Positions 26,741 to 33,303 of a stretch of 36,136 nucleotides of DNA are shown here, one piece after another. The DNA comes from a virus (Duplodnaviria; Caudoviricetes). Where the stretch lies: the IMG/VR virus record IMGVR_UViG_3300037311_000019, positions 1 through 36,136 of that record. The stretch is one strand, 5' to 3'. A model generated the notes under the pieces. That model ran no database searches and was not told the DNA's origin. It was given only the letters and a program-made list of their open reading frames with translations. The translations under genes and the position numbers were made by a program. Each line of letters starts with the position of its first letter. Positions within the stretch are counted from its first letter, which is position 1.

Positions 26741-26921
26741 ACCCGCTCATCACACACGGCTGGCGTGTGTCACTCACGGGTAAATGAGTGATTCCCCAAC
26801 ATCAGACCGCCCGATGTTTTGACCAGCAGGCGGACTTACATTGAAAGTCTTTGCAAGCCAATTATGTCGCTTCATGTGGCGTGTTTGTAGAGGCTTTCAA
26901 TGTGGGTGAAGCTCCAAAGTA

Positions 26922-26975
26922 TCGAAACGGCTCTAAGTAGAGAAACGCTCGAAACGGCTCTAAGTAGAGAAACGC
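26922..26975. repeat. Perfect 27-nt tandem duplication
   Basis: TCGAAACGGCTCTAAGTAGAGAAACGC twice. Confidence 0.95.
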
Positions 26976-27099
26976 ACCTGAACCCACACGACCGACTCCC
27001 GTAAGGAGTCACTACACGCATGGAGATTGTTGGGGGAGTGGGGGTTGTGGCCCCTCCCTTAAACGATTGGCTGCCACCAGCGCCAGCAGTCTCCAGCCG

Positions 27100-27273
27100 T
27101 GTGGGTGAATGCGTAGGCTGATACGCAAGTAGCAAAAAAAGTAGTCGGAGGTTGCGCTACCGATGAAATTAATGCTGTTGTACGTGGCGAATGGGTAAAC
27201 GCGAGTGGCAAAACCACTTAGTTGCTGGTTCGAGTCCAGCCGTATATGCCGGAGATAGCACCGGCCACCCACA
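27100..27273 (+). ncRNA. tRNA-shaped RNA containing a nested tRNA-like element
   Basis: Outer stem TGTGGGTG/CACCCACA, hairpins TGCGTA/TACGCA and GCCGG/CCGGC, inner cloverleaf at about 27178-27248 with GCTGG-TTCGAGT-CCAGC. Confidence 0.65.
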
Positions 27274-27405
27274 ACCTAGAAAGCTAACGGTTCAGCGCCG
27301 ATAATACGCAAGCCTGCAAAGTACATGCGGGGACTGCGCGGGGAGCCGTTAGCTTTGTAGGCGCTTGTAGCCTAACTAGAGAAGCGCGAAATTAGGAGAA
27401 CAGAC

Positions 27406-27651
27406 ATGGGCTGCAATATGATGGGAGACGCAAGTAACGGCGATTTTGCTTGGAGTGCGGCGCAAGATGCGCAGAAAGATGTCAGCGAGCTAATGCGCCG
27501 TGTAGCTGAGTTAGAGCAGGCTTTATGCGGCGTTTGCCAGACATTGGAGCGCGACGGTTTGCCGTCCGAACTACAAAACAAGCATCCGTTGCTTCAGCAG
27601 TGCTTTGACAAGCACAAGCGGCAGCCGGGCTGTGAATTGCATGGTAGATAA
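27406..27651 (+). CDS. Hypothetical protein
   Basis: SD AGGAG, 81 aa, coiled coil plus LCGVC. Confidence 0.6.
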   Translation: MGCNMMGDASNGDFAWSAAQDAQKDVSELMRRVAELEQALCGVCQTLERDGLPSELQNKHPLLQQCFDKHKRQPGCELHGR

Positions 27652-27694
27652 TTTGCCTCTAGCCGGAACTACCAAGAATTTCTAGGGAGTTAAT

Positions 27695-27949
27695 GTGAAA
27701 GATTTTTATCTGGTGTACGTGTGGGGTATGGGCGAAATGCCTGAACGCCGCCACTCGACTCTTAAGAGTGCGGTAGATGAAGCGGAGCGTTTGCGCGGCC
27801 TTACAGACCATGCAATCTACATCATGAAGCCAGAGCATTGCCTCGAAGGCAAAGAGCCGCAGAAGTCCCTTAAAAAGCGGCAGAAGATGAAACAATGGCA
27901 TGCGAAACAAGGTTCGATTCAAAAGTCGCTTGCAGAAAAGGTGATTTAG
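27695..27949 (+). CDS. Hypothetical protein
   Basis: SD GGGAG before GTG, with RHSTLKSAVDEAERL motif. Confidence 0.6.
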   Translation: MKDFYLVYVWGMGEMPERRHSTLKSAVDEAERLRGLTDHAIYIMKPEHCLEGKEPQKSLKKRQKMKQWHAKQGSIQKSLAEKVI

Positions 27950-27958
27950 GTATACAGT
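27930..27958 (+). promoter_or_regulatory. Sigma70-type promoter for the replication block
   Basis: TTGCAG-17 nt-TACAGT. Confidence 0.55.
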
Positions 27959-27966
27959 TACTTTGT

Positions 27967-28272
27967 TGCTCATATAGTCAGGTGTGAGCAGAAAGCCGTT
28001 GTGAAGGTGTATGCAGGGGATTCCCCGACTAGCTGACTCTAGTGCATACATCTCCATAACGGCTTTTTCTTTGGCTAAACGAAACGTGCTGGTTGCGTGA
28101 ACAATGAGCCTAATGGGGCTGCTACCAAGAAAACCATACTGCGGGCATGGTGCAATTCCTTAACCGTGGGGACTGGCTGCATCGTCAAGTCCGGGGACTA
28201 TCGAAAGATAGCATGACGATCCCGAAAGGGGCTGAAACCCTCTAACTCACTTGTGGGGTAGGGGGAGGCTTT
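27967..28272 (+). ncRNA. Structured leader RNA with complementary loops and a terminator-like long stem
   Basis: Hairpin loop AGTCAG is complementary to loop CTGACT. About 26-bp stem ends in a U tract. GAAA-tetraloop hairpins follow downstream. Confidence 0.65.
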
Positions 28273-28306
28273 TGGCTGAAATTAACTTACGTTAGGGTAT
28301 GAGGTT

Positions 28307-28531
28307 ATGACCACAAAAGAAATCCTAATCGCGGCACGCGCTAAGGTAGCGCAAGGGTGGTGTCAGGGTGCGTATGCTAAAGATGCCTATGGTAATACAG
28401 AAGAGCAGGAAGATGCGCTGGCTTTGTTAGGCTATACCGGAGAAAGTGAGGTAATTGATTGGAACGACGCCCCCGGGCGCACCCAAGCGGAAGTATTGGA
28501 AGCCTTTGATAAGACTATTGCCAATGCTTAG
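28307..28531 (+). CDS. DUF6197-like small protein
   Basis: GWCQG and WNDAPGRTQAEVLEAFD motifs. SD GAGG. Confidence 0.7.
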   Translation: MTTKEILIAARAKVAQGWCQGAYAKDAYGNTEEQEDALALLGYTGESEVIDWNDAPGRTQAEVLEAFDKTIANA

Positions 28532-28892
28532 CGACTTTGACCAATTTTGGGCCGCCTACCCTCGAAAGATAGCCAAGGCTGATGCGCGCAAGGCATGGGC
28601 ACAAATGGCGCAGAAACTGCCACCTGTTGCTGAATTGCTATCCGCTATCTCCGTGGCAAAGGAGTCGGAACAGTGGCGCAAGGATTCTGGGCTGTATATC
28701 CCCTACCCTGCTACATGGTTACGAGGCGAACGGTGGGAGGACTGCTACGAGGCTGAAATAACCCCGCTTGCTCCTAAAGCGGCATGGTGGACAAGTGACG
28801 AAACCATCATGGCGTATGGGAAAGAAAAGGGAATCAACCCGAGGCCGGGAGAGACGATGAGAGACTACAAGGCTCGATTGGAGAACGCATGA
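28524..28892 (+). CDS. Minimal replication-initiator-like protein (C-terminal-type domain only)
   Basis: FDQFWAAYPRKIAKADARKAW and YIPYPATWLRGERWED, typical of the C-terminus of phage replication initiators. Confidence 0.7.
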   Translation: MLSDFDQFWAAYPRKIAKADARKAWAQMAQKLPPVAELLSAISVAKESEQWRKDSGLYIPYPATWLRGERWEDCYEAEITPLAPKAAWWTSDETIMAYGKEKGINPRPGETMRDYKARLENA

Positions 28893-29122
28893 AAACACTC
28901 ACTCTAAAGACGGCGTTTTTCAACGAAGGCCAGAAACCCATATACGGTGACGGCGTAACCTTCGTTGAAATCGAAGATGAATTGGGCGGCGGGTTTATCG
29001 TTCTGTCCCAAATCGGAGCGAGTGGTCATGAGGAAAAAATCAGGTTTAACGGAGGCGAGCTAAAGTTGATTGCAGAAGTGGCCGAGAAGATGCTTGCAGA
29101 CTATGACGAGGTGACGGCATGA
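28889..29122 (+). CDS. Hypothetical protein
   Basis: ATGA coupling, VEIEDELGGGFIVLSQ. Confidence 0.6.
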   Translation: MKTLTLKTAFFNEGQKPIYGDGVTFVEIEDELGGGFIVLSQIGASGHEEKIRFNGGELKLIAEVAEKMLADYDEVTA

Positions 29123-29349
29123 GACGAGGCGACGGCAAAAGTTTTGGTCACATAACAGCAGCACGAGAAGCGCGCACACGCGTAGACGAATTGCAGCGAG
29201 AGTTAGATGCGGCAACAGTCCGCGCCGAGAAGGCCGAGGCAAGGCATGTGCAAGCGCTTAACAGGAACAATCGGCTGTGGAATGCGCTGTCTACTATCAC
29301 CGGAGGTCTGGAGGCTGCGCGGAAATTAGGCGGCGAGGTAACAGCATGA
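29119..29349 (+). CDS. Hypothetical coiled-coil protein
   Basis: ATGA coupling and SD GAGG. Confidence 0.55.
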   Translation: MRRGDGKSFGHITAAREARTRVDELQRELDAATVRAEKAEARHVQALNRNNRLWNALSTITGGLEAARKLGGEVTA

Positions 29350-29675
29350 ACCTACAAACCGCAATAACACAGCGTAATGAAAGCATGGCGCGTGTGGCAG
29401 CCAAGGCTAATAAAGGGTGCCCTGAGTGGACTAACCTAGCCTTTGCCTTCCTTAAACTTTACACTCGGAACCATGCCGTATTTTGGCCGTGGGAAGTCAG
29501 AGAGGCGTTCAAAGATTGTGTCCAACCGCACGACCAGCGAGCATGGGGAATCGTCTACAAAAAAGCCATTAACGAAGGTTTGATCGTGAAATCGACCGAC
29601 CCTAAAGACTTAAGACAAGACCCTACACGGCATGCGACGTGGACAATGGGATGGAAGTGTGTTCGAAAAGACTAA
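29346..29675 (+). CDS. Hypothetical protein, possibly winged helix
   Basis: ATGA coupling, PHDQRAWG and GLI motifs. Confidence 0.6.
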   Translation: MNLQTAITQRNESMARVAAKANKGCPEWTNLAFAFLKLYTRNHAVFWPWEVREAFKDCVQPHDQRAWGIVYKKAINEGLIVKSTDPKDLRQDPTRHATWTMGWKCVRKD

Positions 29676-29970
29676 CTACTACCGCAACCCTCGAATGATG
29701 GAAGCGGTTAGACACCTTCCATGTTCACATTGTGGTCTTGACGAATATGGAAAAATCGTGGGAGCGCACCCTAACTGGTCATGGGCGGGCAACGGGAAGT
29801 CAATTAAAGCGCATGACCTTGTGGCGGCACTGTGTTTTGACTGCCACACAAAGCTTGACCAAGGGGCGGATTTAACGCGCGAGTAACGGGAGACGATGTG
29901 GCTAAAGGCGTTCTACCAAACCATCTTGGTGATGGCGCAGCGGGGCATGATTGAGGTGAGTAATGCGTAA
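29659..29970 (+). pseudogene. Zn-finger/HNH-like (DUF1364/NinG-type) gene with in-frame TAA
   Basis: PCSHCG, AH, KAHD and LCFDCH motifs, then LDQGADLTRE*RETMWLKAFYQT...EVSNA. The frame continues past the TAA to overlap the next gene. Confidence 0.7.
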
Positions 29971-30181
29971 AGACTTCCCCGATTCAATGCCAGTAGAGGA
30001 GCAGCTAAGGCTTTCAAACTTGCGAAAAAAGGTAGGCCGAAAACATAATCACACAATTGGCCCCGGCAAGAAAAAGAAAAAACTCGCTGACCAAAAAAAG
30101 TTAGCGGCTGAAAAGCGGCGCAAACAAAAAGTATCCGCATATTGGCGCGGCGATTCAGACAATTACCCGAAGGAAAAATAA
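29963..30181 (+). CDS. Basic hypothetical protein
   Basis: SD GAGG, Lys-rich 72 aa. Confidence 0.55.
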   Translation: MRKDFPDSMPVEEQLRLSNLRKKVGRKHNHTIGPGKKKKKLADQKKLAAEKRRKQKVSAYWRGDSDNYPKEK

Positions 30182-30193
30182 TTCTTGTTGGCG

Positions 30194-30349
30194 ATGAAAT
30201 TGCCTAAACACTACACCTGCTTACCTTGCGTGTCGTGTGAAGTCCCCAAGAAAGGGGAACCATTTTGCACGAACAAGAATGCCCAAAACTACAAACGCGA
30301 ATGCGCCGGTAAGTGCGCTAAGTACGTTTCAATCGGCTCAACAATTTAG
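30194..30349 (+). CDS. Small Cys-rich protein (51 aa)
   Basis: Translated manually: MKLPKHYTCLPCVSCEVP...FCTN...ECAGKCAKY. Confidence 0.35.
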   Translation: MKLPKHYTCLPCVSCEVPKKGEPFCTNKNAQNYKRECAGKCAKYVSIGSTI

Positions 30350-30482
30350 AGACGCGTTGCCGTGATATCCCCTGACGTTTCGCTAACTCAGACTGATTCA
30401 GTTTCTCGCGTTTCATAAGGGCCAATAGTTCGCGGCTGCGTCTTAGTCCTTCGCGTTTCAATTCTTTTTGGTGTTTGTACAT
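30318..30482 (-). CDS. Small HTH transcription regulator (54 aa), probably leaderless
   Basis: LNQSELAKRQGISRQRVSKLL HTH. ATG lies 7 nt after a perfect TATAAT. Confidence 0.7.
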   Translation of the reverse strand: MYKHQKELKREGLRRSRELLALMKREKLNQSELAKRQGISRQRVSKLLSRLKRT

Positions 30483-30489
30483 GGCGCGC

Positions 30490-30551
30490 ATTATACACAA
30501 ACAACCGCCAAAATCAAGGGGGTTGACAAAGTGTTGGGGATGGTGCAGAAT
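30490..30551. promoter_or_regulatory. Back-to-back divergent sigma70 promoters
   Basis: Leftward TTGATT-16-TATAAT and rightward TTGACA-17-CAGAAT, with the -35 boxes separated by GGGGG. Confidence 0.75.
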
Positions 30552-30576
30552 GAAAGTTCTTTTATAGGAGAAAAAA

Positions 30577-31179
30577 ATGCAATGGAAAGAAGAAGGCGGC
30601 AAAGACTTTACTCCGGCTCCAGTTGGGAACCATTTGGGCCGTTGCATCAAGTTGATTGACTTAGGGACTCAGTTTGGCGAGTACCAAGGTCAGCCGACAT
30701 CAAGTCGCAAGGTTGCTATCTCGTTTGAGCTTCCGAATGAGCTTATGGCCGAAGGGGAATTTGCCGGAAAGCCTTTCATTGTCACCAAGATTTACACCGC
30801 AAGCCTTTCGGAAAAGGCAAACCTCCGAAAAGATTTAGTGAACTGGCGCGGTCGTGAATTTACTCCCGAAGAGCTTTCTGGGTTCGAGTCAAAAAACATC
30901 CTTGGCAAGCCGTGCATGGTGAATGTGACGCACACTGACAAAGGGAAAGCCAAGGTATCGGGAGTTTCGGCTCTTCCGAGGGGTTTTGAGTGTCCACCCC
31001 AAGTCAACCGGTCAGTGTATTTTTCGCTTGAATCAAAAGAGTTTGATGGTCAAGTTTTGGAAACTCTCTCTAAATTTTACCGAGAAATGATTATCCAAAG
31101 CCCAGAGTACAAACGGCTTTTCTCGGTTGACCCTGTTAAATCACATGCTGTTGAAGTTGATGAGGATATTCCGTTTTGA
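30577..31179 (+). CDS. Single-stranded DNA-binding or annealing protein
   Basis: IDLGTQ, YTASLSEKANLRKDL and LGKPC motifs, with acidic tail DEDIPF. SD AGGAG. Confidence 0.75.
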   Translation: MQWKEEGGKDFTPAPVGNHLGRCIKLIDLGTQFGEYQGQPTSSRKVAISFELPNELMAEGEFAGKPFIVTKIYTASLSEKANLRKDLVNWRGREFTPEELSGFESKNILGKPCMVNVTHTDKGKAKVSGVSALPRGFECPPQVNRSVYFSLESKEFDGQVLETLSKFYREMIIQSPEYKRLFSVDPVKSHAVEVDEDIPF

Positions 31180-31883
31180 GCATTTACTTCGACATTGAAA
31201 CCATCGGCACCGAGAATCAAGCCGTCATTGACGAGCTAACGCTGCCAATTTTTGAGTCCGCAAAAGCCGAAGCTGAATCGGTAAAGCCGCCTGCTAACTA
31301 CAAATCACAAGACGTAATCGATAAGTGGTGGGCGGAATCAGGGGAGGCTAAAAAAGCCGCAACACTCCAAGAGGCCAAAGTCAAGGCAGACGAAGCCGTT
31401 AAACAAACTGCGTTCGATGGGGGCTATGGTCGAATTATTTGTATCGGCTATGCGTTCGGCAATGACGATGTTAAAACGATAGTCGGCAATGAGCGAGATA
31501 TTTTGGTCAAGTTCTTTCTCGATTTAACGGCGCACGCGGCATTAAAATTCATTGGTCACAACATCGCCAATTTTGACCTTCCTTTTCTGCATAAACGCGC
31601 GATTGTGTTGGGCATAAAACCACCGGAGTTAATACCCTTTGGGGCGAAACCATGGGACACCAAGATCGGCGATACGATGCAGATGTGGGATGCTCAGAAG
31701 CGAACCAGTCTCGATAAGTTATGCAAAATCTTGGGCATTGAATCACCCAAAGGCGACATGACTGGAGCAGATGTGTGGGACGCCTTCAGGCTCGGAAAGA
31801 TCGACGAAATCGCCGCATATTGCGCGAAGGATGTTCATGCGACGCGGACGGTCTACAAGAGGATTGTGTTCGGTGGACGCTAA
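31176..31883 (+). CDS. DEDD 3'-5' exonuclease (PolB-exo-like, stand-alone)
   Basis: ExoI FDIET, ExoII GHNIANFDLPFL and ExoII-adjacent DTM, ExoIII YCAKDV. Confidence 0.88.
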   Translation: MSIYFDIETIGTENQAVIDELTLPIFESAKAEAESVKPPANYKSQDVIDKWWAESGEAKKAATLQEAKVKADEAVKQTAFDGGYGRIICIGYAFGNDDVKTIVGNERDILVKFFLDLTAHAALKFIGHNIANFDLPFLHKRAIVLGIKPPELIPFGAKPWDTKIGDTMQMWDAQKRTSLDKLCKILGIESPKGDMTGADVWDAFRLGKIDEIAAYCAKDVHATRTVYKRIVFGGR

Positions 31884-32079
31884 CGAATACGCTCAACATA
31901 TGGCCTATTTCAATACCGAGATAGGCCAGATACCCAAGCGCATGGAAAAGGTGCCGCTATGGCTGCCTAGGTGGCTCAGAAGCCGAATCCTGAGATACAT
32001 GGCGCACCGCCTTCAGGATTTGAAAGAAAGGCGCGCGGATTTGATTGTTTGGAAGCGCCAGCGTGATCGAACTATTTAA
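31873..32079 (+). CDS. Hypothetical protein
   Basis: GTG start overlapping the exonuclease stop. Confidence 0.4.
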   Translation: MDANEYAQHMAYFNTEIGQIPKRMEKVPLWLPRWLRSRILRYMAHRLQDLKERRADLIVWKRQRDRTI

Positions 32080-32347
32080 CCTAGAAGACGCGCCCCTAAC
32101 GGACTGGTTTGACTCCCGATTCCCCGGCATGTCTGGGCGATTGGTCAAACTCGGGGACTACACGCACTCACTCAGTTATCCGAAGGGCCAATATTACGGC
32201 GTTTACATTTCGTCCTTGGACGACCCTGATAAAAAGCGGGTAGACCGATGCCTAAAAATGTGTCTGAAACGCTGGAGAGTAATAGAGGCGCGAACAGAGG
32301 CGGATGCAAAAGAGGTCTTAGAATGGTATTTAGAGAGGATGAGATGA
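32063..32347 (+). CDS. Hypothetical protein
   Basis: Operon packing, GTG start. Confidence 0.45.
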   Translation: MIELFNLEDAPLTDWFDSRFPGMSGRLVKLGDYTHSLSYPKGQYYGVYISSLDDPDKKRVDRCLKMCLKRWRVIEARTEADAKEVLEWYLERMR

Positions 32348-32562
32348 ACTGCGAACTAGACCGCGTGCAAAGCCTAACGACATGGGAACGAATTAAATTC
32401 GCGCTTGGATTTGGCCTTCCTGATTGGTATGTCTTGGATACAGAAATATCTGAGGAAGGTAATTCACAAACGTTTCACAAATTGATCGCGGCGGAAAGCA
32501 GGCTAAACGTTCTCCGCCAATACTACGATGTTCGCCGGATCGAGGCTAGGCTAGACAAGTGA
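32344..32562 (+). CDS. Hypothetical protein
   Basis: ATGA coupling and SD GAGG. Confidence 0.45.
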   Translation: MNCELDRVQSLTTWERIKFALGFGLPDWYVLDTEISEEGNSQTFHKLIAAESRLNVLRQYYDVRRIEARLDK

Positions 32563-32888
32563 ATCTCGCAGAACTCGAAAAAAAAGCAGAGGGCGCGCTA
32601 ATTTACCTGCACAAAAACGCAGAGGAGCACGCGGCACTAAGAGCGCAGGCAGACCACCTTGCGGACTATCTCAAAGTGGTGTTGGCAGAGGAAAAAGGGC
32701 GGTTTGTAGGGGCCTCTCAAGCCGTGGCTACCGACGAGGCCATGCGCTCGGAAAACTATAAATCGACCCTAGACGCCCTTAAAACCGCACGAGAATTGTG
32801 GTACACGGCGCAATTTAAACGCGCTGCGGCAGAGACCCACATTGAGGCATGGCGAACGTGCTGCAGTAACGCCCGGGCAAACGTCTAA
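32559..32888 (+). CDS. Helical protein, possibly a UvsY-like recombination mediator
   Basis: GTGA coupling, coiled-coil pattern with IEAWRT..SN.R, inside the recombination block. Confidence 0.5.
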   Translation: MNLAELEKKAEGALIYLHKNAEEHAALRAQADHLADYLKVVLAEEKGRFVGASQAVATDEAMRSENYKSTLDALKTARELWYTAQFKRAAAETHIEAWRTCCSNARANV

Positions 32889-33172
32889 ACTTTCTTGAGC
32901 TTCCCCGGACGATCCCGAGATGCGGGCAAAATCACAAACCCACGCGGCACAAACCACTGCCCCCCCTCAAAATACGCGCCAGGGATTCTGTTTTCCCGGC
33001 ACAACTTTTGGATGCGGGTAGGGGAAACATTTTTAGAGGCTGCCGCCGTCGCTGCGGATTGGTATCGGTACAAACTCCAATTTCCAAGGAGCCTCTCGCG
33101 CTCGGTGTCGGTAATCGCGCCATCTCGATAGGCTACCCAAATCTCCTCGTGCGAGATGGGGGTGTCACTCAT
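32885..33172 (-). CDS. HTH_17/excisionase-like DNA-binding protein
   Basis: AATAAASKNVSPTRIQKLCRENRIPGA..EGGQWFVP. SD GGAG. Confidence 0.7.
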   Translation of the reverse strand: MSDTPISHEEIWVAYRDGAITDTERERLLGNWSLYRYQSAATAAASKNVSPTRIQKLCRENRIPGAYFEGGQWFVPRGFVILPASRDRPGKLKKV

Positions 33173-33303
33173 GCTGTCTCCAAAAGGGTTTGCCACACGG
33201 ATTCTGCGGCCTGATTAAGAGTGGGGGAATCGGCGCGCTCAAGCAAGCTTGCGACGCCTTGTAATGCCGCGCGTAGGGCTTCGATTTTGTCGGCGTCGGT
33301 CAT
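33169..33303 (-). CDS. Small hypothetical protein (44 aa)
   Basis: MTDADKIEALRAALQGV..., ATGA-coupled at both ends. Confidence 0.5.
   Translation of the reverse strand: MTDADKIEALRAALQGVASLLERADSPTLNQAAESVWQTLLETA

Noticed and set aside
26922-26975. Possible CRISPR mini-array
   Set aside because: The two 27-nt copies are directly adjacent with no spacer, and no cas genes are present.
26900-27130. Hammerhead ribozyme suggested by CGAAAC motifs
   Set aside because: No correctly placed CUGANGA core was found. The nearest are CTGAACC and CTGATAC.
19173-29886. Genome-wide stop-codon reassignment
   Set aside because: The interruptions involve different codons (TAG and TAA). Both also end normal-length genes (portal and endolysin TAG, coat TAA), long genes are uninterrupted in code 11, and there is no suppressor tRNA.
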